A DNA stretch of 64,000 nt from Octopus sinensis (Eukaryota), in NCBI RefSeq assembly GCF_006345805.1, contig NC_043011.1, forward strand, positions 59,160,464 to 59,224,463. Direction: 5' to 3'. Made by a program: the position numbers and the translations under genes. The number at the start of each line of letters is the position of its first letter. Position 1 is the first letter of the stretch. The notes under the pieces were generated by a model that worked only from the letters and a program-made list of their open reading frames with translations, ran no database searches and had not been told where the DNA came from. Below are positions 52,860-64,000 of the stretch, one piece after another.

Positions 52860-53270
52860 TTTTAGGGGAGATGCAATATCGATATCATCTACCGCAGTGC
52901 TTAACAGCAACTTATTTTATGGACCTCGATTGAAGGAAAAACAAAATCGACCGCGGTGGAATTTGAACTCAGAACGTAACGATAGATGAAATGCCTGTTT
53001 CTTTACTACCAACAAAGGGCTAAACACAGAGTGGACAAACAGGGACACAGACACGGATTAAGTCGATTATATCGACCCCAATGTGTAACTGGTACTTAAT
53101 TTATCGATCCTGAAAGGATGAAAGGTAAAGTCGACCTCGGCAGAATTTGAACACAGAACGCAGTGGCGGACGAAATACCACAAAGCATTTCGCCCGGCGT
53201 GCTAATGGATGAAATGCCGTTAAGCATTTTCTCCGGAGTGCTAACTCTTCTGCCAGCTCACCGCCTCTTG
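52860..53270 (-). mobile_element. Nested SINE A: long subtype inserted in short subtype
   Basis: Old head ends ggcatttcatc; inserted truncated copy; old body resumes ggcatttcatc (11-bp duplication). Confidence 0.8.
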
Positions 53271-54126
53271 TTAAACTGTTTATTGATTGCTGGAATCCTA
53301 ACCACTAAGCTATAGTCTACAGTCTAGAATGACCTAAAATGAATAAACGCACTTTACTGACGCCTCGGGTATAAATAATAAAAATTCAAGTGATATCCAT
53401 TACTATCTCACAGGCGGATACAACATACAACATATAAAAAAGATACGTCTAATTTACTGAAAAACATAAATCACGATTGTGTTATATCACAATAAACTAT
53501 ACGACTGTACATCTTAATTAGACTGTATTACAACGGGAAATAGTAAATAAGTAACTAAAATCAATATTTGTTGGAATGAAAATTCTCTCTATAATTTTTG
53601 GAATTGATTGTATTGTTAACAGATATTATAATGATAGTAGGGAGATCCGAGAATTCCCAAGCGAAGTCTATCATATACTGTTAGTAAAATAACTGCAGAG
53701 ACATACAAAAAAGATATAATTCAATACTCACTTTTTCTAAATAGAAACCTGATATACAGAGTGTTTAGAAACGAACTTGAGATTGCGTAATGATTGTATG
53801 CTATCAAAAGCATACTATAGTTTACAAATGATAATGAATTTTTATCATCAAACAGGCATGGATACTTTGTTAAAAAGTTCGATTTGTAACCAGTTGGTTT
53901 CGTGTTTAGTTGCTCTGCACATTACCTTGAGGAAGTGTTTTTACTAATTTTTCCCGTTTTGTCTTATTTTATTTTCTATCAACTTACTACTTAACGGTTT
54001 CTAATTTCTCATATATATATATACGTTTATATGTTTGTTTTGCAAGATTCTTGATGTGAAATCGTGTGTTGAAACAGATTGGTCACGATGCCAGTTTATT
54101 GGCTAAACTGGCAACATGACCATTCC

Positions 54127-54172
<46 letters not shown>

Positions 54173-54287
54173 GTAGGTCCCGGTTGAGTCGGGGTTAACC
54201 ACAGTAAATAAGGTACTCAATACATAGCAGATTTCTTTTGAATGAAACAGTTCTAGTCCTGTAGAAGCTCCTTCTATAGAATAAATA
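54173..54287. repeat. Deletion derivative of the palindromic element at 52387
   Basis: Same 5' segment joined (catagcaga|tttcttttg) directly to the right arm. Confidence 0.9.
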
Positions 54288-54335
54288 TATATATATATAT
54301 TATATATATATACATACATATATATTATATATATA

Positions 54336-54382
<47 letters not shown>

Positions 54383-54452
54383 TATACATAATATACATAT
54401 ATATTAATATATACATAATATGCATATATAATATATATATATATATATATAC

Positions 54453-54823
54453 AATTTATATAAATAAGGATAAGATCGTTATTTAAAATACTGATCATAT
54501 CAAGTGGCTAGCATGGAAATTCAAGTCCTCATAGGTAATAAAAATTACTAAAAAAATTATAATTAATGGTATCTAAATGATACCATCATGCTAGATATAG
54601 CAGCCAAAACTTAACTATCAAACCACATTGAATGTTCATACACCACCGAAAGAGAAGACAAAGAGACAAAAATAAACTAGCAAAAAATGATTGGATCATT
54701 CCAAATCCCGGATTTCTGACTTTGCATAAACATTATTAACTATGAGGTTTTTTTTATTCCTATGCTGGCCACCTCATATGATCGGTATTTTGTATAACGA
54801 TCTTATCCTTATTTATATAAATT
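54453..54823. mobile_element. Foldback/MITE with ~90-bp imperfect terminal inverted repeats
   Basis: aatttatataaataaggataagatcgttat is identical in inverted orientation at both ends; similarity continues with mismatches for about 90 bp. Confidence 0.8.
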
Positions 54824-54966
54824 TATATATTTACTCCGTCATTATATTCACTGCTGTGGTATTTTGACCATATCGTATGAGGAGTTTTGGCGGGCAATTT
54901 AAACTGGTCGTGTCCATACGTGCATATATATGTGTATATATGTGCGTATATGTAAGTATTCGTATG

Positions 54967-55020
<54 letters not shown>

Positions 55021-55059
55021 CCACCACTTACACCTACACAGACATTCACTACTTCTCAA

Positions 55060-55345
55060 CATGCCTGACTTGCACTCGTTCCTCCATTCTCCTGTCTTTG
55101 AAAACATCTTTCTTCACCCTTTTCTTTCCGGTCTTTCAAAATGTGACCTCGTGTGTACCGTTGGCGATTTTTTTCCTCTGTCTTCCCTTCTCTGGATCTT
55201 TCCTTCTCCTATGTTTCCGACGAAGAGCTCCGCCCGAAACGTTAAACCCTCCTTCTTTCCTTCTTTCCTGAGCGTCCAATAATACTATATTTGTTCCACG
55301 TCCTCGTATTGTTGTGTTTTTTTTTGTGCTTTCTTGTTTGGATTA

Positions 55346-55350
<5 letters not shown>
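55060..55350 (+). mobile_element. Family-H-related repeat (second subfamily) with hammerhead-like motif at 55213-55247
   Basis: GTTT-CCGACGA-a-GAGC-tcc-GCCC-GAAAC-GTT-AAAC then cctgagcgtccaataatac; homologous to reverse complement of 40175-40306. Confidence 0.7.
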
Positions 55351-55429
<79 letters not shown>

Positions 55430-55949
55430 ATTTATGTACTATTTTGTGTGTATTCCACTGATGAAGAAAAGCATTTTTGAGGGAAATGCTGGAATCCGGG
55501 TTGTGGAATTATCCAATAATCGAAATATAACCGATAAGTTACGGAGATGTAAATACACCACCGCCGGTTAACAAACGGTGGTGAGGGACAAACACAGGCA
55601 CAAAGACACGCACACGTACATTCACATTTACAAGCATGTGTTTGTATGTGATGCATATGCGTATGCGTGTGCGTGTGTGTGTATTTTACAAACTCTAAAT
55701 GCAGACAGGCGCACACGTCTATCCATGAGATTGACCATACACTTGAACATACTTTTCTCATTGCTATATCATTATTAATTTTATACATACAGTATACACC
55801 CATGAGCAGCCCTGCACATATTTCTATCCAAGAGTGTTTTTTTTATACAATATTTACACGCTATTATTAATATTTTTATCTTCTCCGAGATCCTCCGTTC
55901 TCTAAAACAATTATTACACATATGATTGTTGTTATTATTATTCGCTTTA

Positions 55950-57235
55950 GAAATTTATAGAGGACTAGCAGTTTCGCCCGGCGTTGCTCGGGTTTGTAAG
56001 GGAAATAACTATATAAGCATTTTTAGAGAGTTATAGCCAAAAACTAGCAAAAAAATGCATTAAAAGTGGAAAAAAAAATGATGGTAAATTTTTTTTTAAA
56101 TCGTTGACTCATCGTAGACATTTTTAGAGAGTTACTTACCCTTATATAATAGCGAACAAAATGCATTAAAATGGAAAAAATGCTGGTAATTTTTTTTTAA
56201 ATCGTAGACTCATCGTAGACGCGCGCTAATACCCAGAAGGGCTCGATATGAATCACGACTATAAGATACTCGGTTTTGGTTAAACTGCACCGCAAAATGT
56301 GGGAGTAGTTAGGAATCTAAATCGTAGGAGACGGACACACAACTTGACTTTTATATAAAAAGATTAGGGGCGGGGAATCCCGACGAGGTTCACGGGGAGA
56401 CTTAGGGCGCCGAAGAGAATGAACTGCCAAGTCTGTTCCGGAGGTCTTTCCGCTCTGGAATTATCATGGATAATTTTCAGATGAGGCTTGGCCTGGCAGT
56501 GTTACCGGGGTAAGGGGGCGCTACCGGTTCGAGACAAGCTCTACAGGCTCGGATGTGCTGTCAGACGGACTTGTCCGAGTTGCGCACAGAGTGACGAAAA
56601 CGTTCTGCACGTCCCCGTTCAGTTTCCGGGCATTGCTGACATGTGGGTTTATGTTGAAGAGCTGCTGTCACGTGTGGCACGGATCCGTCTGTGGGCCGAG
56701 TCTGTGGTGATGATCGCTCCGCCTCCTTTCTTCGATCGGGCAGGTAAGGCAGTTTTCCTTTGCCTGATGGCTGTGGCGAAAGAGGCTGTTTGGTGGACAA
56801 ATCTGAAAGGAATAAGGACAGATACATTCCTCTTTGGTAGAGCTCCCATTGATATTTTCAAGTTTGACTTGAAAAGTAAATTGAGAGTGCTGTCCTCCAA
56901 TGAGTTTTGTGAAAGGTGGGTTAAAGTTGAGAGTGGATGGTACCTCCCTAAGGTAGACCTGTGAGGAGGAAAGAAGAAATTGATGAGGGCATTTGCTCAT
57001 GGGATTTCATGAAAATCTTGGACAGTGGGGTTCCTCAGTTAGCCCTAGAGGTGTTCCTGTATCAGGAGGGCCCAGCCCCCTTTCTTCCTTAATTTTTAAA
57101 GCTATGTATATGTCCTTTCTCTTCCAGCGTATACAGTGTATACATTTTTTCAATCGTTTCATTATTATATGTAAACCCCCACATGTTGTCTGTCTCTGTA
57201 TAGCCCCCTCATCCTTCACCCTGGTGGCAAATAAA
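55950..57235 (+). mobile_element. Tx1/L1-clade LINE 3' fragment (interrupted near its 5' edge by the Helitron)
   Basis: AWQCYRG..ALPVRDKL, TCPSC..SDENVLH zinc-knuckle-like region, AVAKEAVWW; 3' UTR ends with AATAAA before (ATC)n. Confidence 0.78.
55965..56363 (-). mobile_element. Non-autonomous canonical Helitron
   Basis: Minus strand: a|TCTTTTTATATAAAAG ... hairpin cccgagcaacgccggg ... CTAG|t; internal ~105-bp tandem duplication. Confidence 0.8.
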
Positions 57236-57419
57236 TGAATTCATCATCATCATCATCATCATCAATATTATTATTATTATTTATTATTATCCTTATTAGT
57301 ATTATTGTTATTATCATTGCTGTTATTATTGTTATTATTATTATTATATTATTATTATTATTATTATATTATTATTATTATTATCATCATCATCATCATC
57401 CTCATCATCATCATCATCA

Positions 57420-57475
<56 letters not shown>

Positions 57476-57480
57476 GTTAT
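57235..57480. repeat. (ATC)n/(ATT)n microsatellite
   Basis: Direct reading. Confidence 0.95.
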
Positions 57481-58159
57481 TCACAAAATATTCTTGTCGA
57501 ATATTATCATATCATTATCTAAATCTCAACTTATATTTTCATTAGTTTAAATGATACAATATATTTTATTGCCTCTCATTACATAGCAGCTATTTATCCC
57601 TCACCGCCCAAGCTTATTGCTTCTTTCTTGTTTTCTTTACTCGTGCTTATTTTTTTTAAGATTCTCTCCTTGAAGCTTTTAATTTGATTTATCTTCAACC
57701 GATTCGCTGCCTTGCAATCAAAAATCCTTTGCAAAATTTCCTCAACTGGATGCATATCCCCATTTAATCTGTTATTCACTCTTAACTTTTTTTCATCTTG
57801 TTTAACATCAAAAATCTTAGGCCCACACAGTTTACATATAATGCTAATTCATAATTTATTGTTAACATAAACTACACCAGTTATTAACTCTTTCTAAATT
57901 TACCTTTCCGTTCGCTAAAGTCCTCAACCCTTATGACAATAATTCTACATTTGAAATTAAGTGCTTGTGTGTGTATGTGTACATGCGTGTATATGCGTGT
58001 GTTCACCTGTGTGTGTGTGTATACACGTCTGTGTGTTCAGGCGTGTTATTTCTACTTATTGCCCCAGTTTCAACTCTTCATAATATGAACTGATTTTATT
58101 ATTCTCATATTTTCTATTCGCTTCCATGTAGAGGAAAACGTATGTCTATCTGACTTAGA

Positions 58160-58530
58160 TATATACTTTCTATTATAAGCGCAAGGCCTGAAATCGTCCC
58201 CAGTGTTTCATTGGTGTTTATTTTAGCGACCCCGACACGATAAAAGGCAACGTAGACTTTGGTAGAGTTTCAACTCAGAACATAGCGGCAGACGAAATAT
58301 ATATTTCTATTTCTTTACTGCCCACAAGGGACTAAACACAGAGAGGACAAACAAGGACAGGCAAACGGATTAAGTCGATTATATCGACGCCAGTGCGTAA
58401 CTGGTACTTATTTAATCGACCCCGAAAGGATGAATGGCAAAGTTGACATCGACGGAATTTTAACTCAGAACGTAGCGGCAGACGAAATACCACGAAGCAT
58501 TTCATCCAGCATGCTAGCAATTCTGCCACG
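58160..58530 (-). mobile_element. Nested SINE A: long subtype followed by short-subtype body restarting at tatttcgtctgcc
   Basis: Direct reading of reverse complement. Confidence 0.82.
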
Positions 58531-58540
58531 TTGTTGCCTT

Positions 58541-58576
<36 letters not shown>

Positions 58577-58742
58577 AGCAACAACAACAACAACAACAAT
58601 AATAATAATAATTATTATAATGGAAAAACAAATAGACAAACGCCTCCTGAGAGATTTTGATACACTGAAACTTTGAAAGCCAAACGCATCGACGCATAAT
58701 TTAAGTGATTTAATTCTCGAACATCAAGCGCATCCGATGAAA

Positions 58743-58804
<62 letters not shown>

Positions 58805-58864
58805 CGCAGAGAAGTGACAAGATTAACGATCACTGTAATAGCTTAAAGTTTGATAAAGTGTTGC

Positions 58865-58892
58865 AACGTTTCGGACGTTCGTCCTTCATCAA
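58865..58892 (-). ncRNA. Hammerhead-like core, degenerate
   Basis: TTGATGA-a-GGAC-gaac-GTCC-GAAAC-GTT; C3 replaced by U and stem I poorly paired. Confidence 0.4.
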
Positions 58893-59019
58893 AGTATAAC
58901 ATGAGGGCAATGAGAAGGGAAAACTCATTCCTATCTAGCTATCCATCTAACTATCTATCAATCAACACACACAGACAGACACACGCACAGACACACACAC
59001 ACACACACACACACAGACA

Positions 59020-59165
59020 GATAGGTGGAATTTTACAAAAAACAAACGACGAAGACAGGTGTGTAAACAAAAAAAACAGGTGTATTAGTTTAACGCTCGA
59101 GAAGGTGGGAAAGTCTTTTACGTTTTCGATCCTACGCTCTTCAACAAAAAGGAACACGAGAAAAG
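59020..59165 (-). mobile_element. Family H repeat, degenerate copy
   Basis: Reverse complement ttgttgaagagcgtaggatcgaaaacgtaaaagac; close to the 18000 copy. Confidence 0.72.
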
Positions 59166-59592
59166 AAGCAGAGAGAGAATAAAATAAGAAAGCTTTAGTG
59201 GGTATCGGCCAATAATTTTTTCAGTAAGTCATAACTACAACACAATGCTTGAGTCGAGAAAGCAGACGGATTAATTATTAATTTCAATTCAATCCAGTGT
59301 ACAGCCATGTCGAGGCAAGGCCGTAATGTGAGATCGAACTTCTTTCTGTTTATTGAAAATACAATTGTAAGCACACTGGATGAAATAAACTAAATATTTA
59401 AAAAAATACCGAAAAAACGGGGAATCTTTCTCTGGCTAAGATGAGAAAGTTGTAGATACGAGTAAGATCAATAAAACATCTCCTGCTGATGGCCAGATGT
59501 AATCTGCAGTGTAAGCGCAAAAATTGCATATTAAAAAGATGTATATGCGTATACTATATATATGTGTGTGTGTGTGCGTTTGTATAAACATG

Positions 59593-59599
<7 letters not shown>

Positions 59600-59671
<72 letters not shown>

Positions 59672-59707
59672 AATATGCATATATATCTATGCATATATAC
59701 AATATGA

Positions 59708-59742
<35 letters not shown>

Positions 59743-60202
59743 TAAATATGCATATATATCTATGCATATATACATATATGAATATATATATATATAATAA
59801 ATATATATATATATATATATATAGATATATATATATATATATATATACATGTGGACAAGATTAAAATTTAATATCCGAACTGATGTAACAAGTGTCTCAA
59901 ATGGGATTTTATAATTGTTTCTGAGGCATTAGATTTCTTTTTTTTTTCTTCTGTAGTCCTGTTTTTTGGTGAGATTATTGTATTTTGGGGAATCGCTGAT
60001 TGCCGCAGCTGTCTTGCAGGCATTTGTTCGTTTCATCGACTTGTTTGTTTAGTCTCGTTTTGCTTATTCGATTTTATTTTCTATGATGATACACATTTTA
60101 GTGCCATATTAACATATATCGATCGGGAAATCATATGTATATAGAATATGTATGTATGGATACATATATATATATATATATATAATATATATATATATAT
60201 AG

Positions 60203-60233
<31 letters not shown>

Positions 60234-60238
60234 ATATA

Positions 60239-60269
<31 letters not shown>

Positions 60270-60316
60270 TACTTACATATACATGATTTTATATATATAT
60301 ATATCTATATATATAT

Positions 60317-60360
<44 letters not shown>

Positions 60361-60460
60361 GATATATATATATATACTTACATATACATGATTTTATATA
60401 TATATATACATACATATATATGCTTGTGTGTGCGTGTATGTATGAATGCATGTACATATA

Positions 60461-60507
<47 letters not shown>

Positions 60508-60604
60508 GTATATAAATTTACTTATTTATTCATGTATATATAAGTACATCTACATGTATATATGGTTATATATATACACATACATATATAATACATATAT
60601 ATAT

Positions 60605-60644
<40 letters not shown>

Positions 60645-60656
60645 TATATATATATG

Positions 60657-60692
<36 letters not shown>

Positions 60693-60720
60693 CACAGACA
60701 CACACACATATATGTATATA
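59600..60720. repeat. Large (TA)n-based compound microsatellites with higher-order ~60-100 bp duplications
   Basis: e.g. aaatatgcatatatatctatgcatatatac twice; cttacatatacatgatttt twice. Confidence 0.9.
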
Positions 60721-61489
60721 ATATGAAATCAATAATCCTTTTCGTACGAGTGTCAAATATTTCCGTAAATAAATGTACAAGTTTAAATTTTATACAATAG
60801 ATTTTTGTTCCAAAATAAGTTGATGAGGAAATGATTGAAAGGAACGCGGCTGAGTTCTTTCAAATTTGAACATTTGTGAGATGTGGGGGAGGATTGTCTT
60901 TCACCTGATCTGGTATTGATAGTTTATAAATATTGACTTCACACTAAAATCGAAGGTAGGCCAAATGGAATGGAAATAGAAGAGAACGTGTGAGAGGAAG
61001 GAAAGCAGGAAGAAATAAATAAAAGGAAAGCCTAGAGTTTGAGAAAGACAGCGGGAGAGAGTGATGGGGTGAGGAGAAAGGGTTTGAACTAGATAAAGTT
61101 TTAACATTCATAATTTGTAAGAGATATCGTGTTAAATAGTAATTTCTCTTGCTTAGGGTATGGTGGTACTGCAAATGACGTATTCAATCAATTCTCGGAT
61201 TACAAACTACAAGTCCGTCAGTTCGTTTTCCATCTCGTATCCTTTAACAAAACTGCCATAACTACAGAGTTTGCCAAAGAAAACTATGTATACAATGGGC
61301 CACAAACGTAATTGGTTTGCCCAGCAACACCATAGACTACTCCCTGTCAAGACATAGTAACAGGAATATGCTCACATGACTCGTTGATCTACTAAAAGAA
61401 GCAGCCAGGTGTACATCAAATAAAGTAAATACTAGCAAAAATGAAACGCAGACACAAGTTGATGTAGTCTTCGCTATATTACTGTACCA

Positions 61490-62305
61490 AGCCCTTGGCT
61501 ACCAGCGTCCAAAACTGAATATAAACTTACAGTGTACTCTAGTCCTCAGTGGATTACAATCCCAGATCCTAAATCGGCGCGGGACCTGGGTATCGACATG
61601 AGTGATGATACCTCTTTCCAAGTGCACATAAACAGAATGGCTACAAAGTGCAGGCGACTGTCTGGTTGGATCCTGAGAACGTTCAGAACTAGAGAGAAGG
61701 AAGCCATGATTGTCTTCGGGAGGACGTTCGTCCTCAACCGCCTGGATTATTGTTACAGCTATGGTCACCCAACAGTGTAAAATTAACCGCGGACCTTGAA
61801 GCAATCCAGCAGATATTCACAAAGATGATCGTCTCATTGCAACAGCTCAGCTGATGGGAAAGGCTGAAAGAGCTAAGTGTTTACCCCTTGTACCAAAGCC
61901 GGGAGAAGATATGCCGTTATACATAATTGGAAGATCCTGAAAAGGATTGTGCCAAATTTTGGTCTTGAAAGCTACACAAATACCAGAAGGTGTTGCCACT
62001 GGATAGCGTCAAAGATCCCAGCAATGCCATCGCGCTGCAGGACCAGTTACTGCAATAACCTGGGTTTCAGCGACCCACACCTTTTTAATATTCTCCCAAA
62101 CAGCTTGAAGAACATATACAAAGCGGATGTATGTATTTTCAAATCGAAACTGGATTTCCTCCTGTCGAGAGTCCCAGATGAACCTATCTCACGGCAGGAG
62201 GTGCATCAATATTTCTTATTCCCAAAATGCTACATGTTAGAGGAGTCTCTCAATAATGATAGCATGCCCTAGCATGGCCGCAGCTTTGAGTTAAAACTAC
62301 AAAAT
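61490..62305 (+). mobile_element. CR1-like LINE 3' fragment, frameshifted
   Basis: KSARDLGIDMS, ATKCRRLSGWILRTF, LDYC, YCNNLGFSDPHLFNILP, VPDEP; tail ccctagcatggccgcag. Confidence 0.88.
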
Positions 62306-62654
62306 AATCTTCTGTCTATAATGCATCTAAACATAAATCAACTCCTTCAGGGCCGGTTTGAGCCAACCACAAAAAGGGGTTTATTTCTATAAACATAATC
62401 AGTTCAAACTTCCACAAATTTCAGCAAAGTTTTCCCTCTAATGACAAGCTGCGGTTTGCACAATACTTGGAGGACATATCGTCCACTATGAGAGGATATA
62501 CTAAAGCTAAATATGCCTAGGAAGAACCCTTCAGGATTTAGAGTTTTGGAGACATAATAATAATAATAATAATTATGACGATGATGATGATGATAATAAT
62601 AATAATAATGATAATAATAATAATAATAATAATATAATAATAATAATAATAATA

Positions 62655-63497
62655 ATAACTGCACTAAACTAAACGCAAAAGAAATAGACAAAGAAAAATC
62701 CCAGCAATGGTTGAGAAGCTCAGGACTCAAAGCAGAAACAGAGGGATTTTTAATTGCAGCACAAGACCAAAGCTTCCCCACCAGAAATTACCAAAAACAT
62801 GTAATGAAAAGAAATATTACAAGTAACTGCAGAATATGTGGAGATGGACAAGAAACAATAAATCTTATTATCTCTAGCTGCCCAGTCCTGGCTAAGAAGG
62901 AATATATTCGCAGACATGACAGAGTTGGAACCTACATACATTGGAAGCTATGCCAACATTATGGAATAACAACAGAAAAAAGATGGTATAGGCACACACC
63001 AGAAAAGGTCACAGAAAACGAGAAAGCAACCATACTCTGGGATATGCCGATACACACAGATAGAGAAATTAAGGCCAACAGACCAGATATAGTTGTCAGA
63101 GATCATGAAGAAAAAAAATGCTTTCTAATTGATGTATCAATACCGGCAGATGATAACGTGTCTCTAAAAGAAATGGAGAAACTCTCAAAATACAAAGACC
63201 TGGAAATAGAGGTAACTAGAATGTGGAACCTGAAAACAGAAACAATTCCTATCATAGTAGGTGCATTAGGCATGATAAAAAAATATTCAGACAAATACAT
63301 AACAAAAACACCAGGACTTACAAACACATATAACATACAGAAAATTGCACTACTAGGCACTGCACACATCCTACGCAGAACACTTTCCATACAATAACCA
63401 TCAGAGCATCACAACAAATCACAGCAAATACCCAAGGCACACAGAGCTGCGCTCGGTAGTGAAGTGAAAGCACGCTATAAAAATAAAACTACTGAAT
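62655..63497 (+). mobile_element. R4/Dong-clade non-LTR retrotransposon 3' fragment (zinc knuckle + restriction-like endonuclease)
   Basis: ETEGFLIAAQDQ, CRICG...ETINLIISSC, RRHDRV, LWD..I.TD..I.ANRPDIV...IDVSIP.D.....E.EK..KY.DL; flanked by (TAA)n on both sides. Confidence 0.9.
62711..63397 (+). pseudogene. RLE-domain ORF of the R4/Dong element (228 aa, uninterrupted)
   Basis: PD..D..K endonuclease motif intact; zinc knuckle His appears as Leu (CTT). Confidence 0.85.
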
Positions 63498-63526
63498 AAT
63501 AATAATAATAAATAATAATAATAATA

Positions 63527-63752
63527 ATGGCAACCATACTCTGGGATATGCCAATACACACAGATAGAGAAATTAAGGCCAACAGGCCCGATATAGTTAT
63601 TAGAGATCATGAAGAAAAAAATACTTTCTAATTGATGTATCAATACCAGCAGATGACAACAACGTGTCTCTAAATGAAATGGAGAAACTTTCAAAATACA
63701 AAGACCTGGAAATAGAGGTAACTAGAATGTGGAATTTAAAAACAGAAACAAT
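63527..63752 (+). mobile_element. Second R4/Dong fragment (diverged copy of ~63025-63245)
   Basis: Direct alignment by eye; has indels. Confidence 0.88.
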
Positions 63753-63894
63753 CACACTTACATCGACAATTTGATCCCAATCGCGGACCTTGAATGCATC
63801 CAGGACCTCAAGGTAGTGACTTGGACCAGGAAGTGCGACGATTAGATTTTGTTGCTGCGGGCCGCGTTCGAACGCACTAATAGTAATAATAATA

Positions 63895-63927
<33 letters not shown>

Positions 63928-64000
63928 ATAATAATAATAATAATAACAATAACAATAATAACAATAATAATAATAACAATAATAATAATAATAATAATAA
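63753..64000 (+). mobile_element. RTE 3' end with (AAT)n tail, close copy of 47768-47900
   Basis: About 5 differences over ~135 bp. Confidence 0.88.

Noticed and set aside
58332-58529. ORFs inside SINE A/B copies (also 1397, 26001, 29247, 20717, 36543)
   Set aside because: Recurrent translations of non-coding SINE consensus.

Overview
AT-rich eukaryotic DNA that is almost entirely repeat-derived. The SINE/LINE repertoire looks like octopus (coleoid cephalopod), which is an inference from pattern recall and not a database result. No host protein-coding gene can be supported with confidence; there are only a few weak candidate exons. Nearly all ORFs in the track are microsatellite or antisense artefacts. 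Real coding relics are all retro/DNA-transposon derived: a near-intact 5'-truncated CR1-group LINE (6720-9345, minus, EN+RT), CR1-like 3' fragments, RTE-type fragments, a Tx1/L1-type 3' fragment, an R4/Dong-type RLE element in (TAA)n, and a mariner remnant. Non-coding elements include three tRNA-derived SINE families, two canonical non-autonomous Helitrons, MITEs and very large (TA)n, (GAA)n, (AAT)n and (TCTA)n tracts. Most interesting signals: (1) a dispersed non-autonomous repeat carrying minimal type-I hammerhead-ribozyme folds, mostly with a non-canonical CUGUNGA core and a loop-less ACGU stem III that could only form as a dimer; (2) a perfect 112-bp spacer-less palindrome and, 1.7 kb away, a sister copy with one arm deleted; (3) repeated insertion of one SINE subtype at the same internal site of its own family; (4) SINE/LINE tail sharing and head/tail module swapping. 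Coordinates of degenerate repeats are approximate (about +/-10-20 bp).
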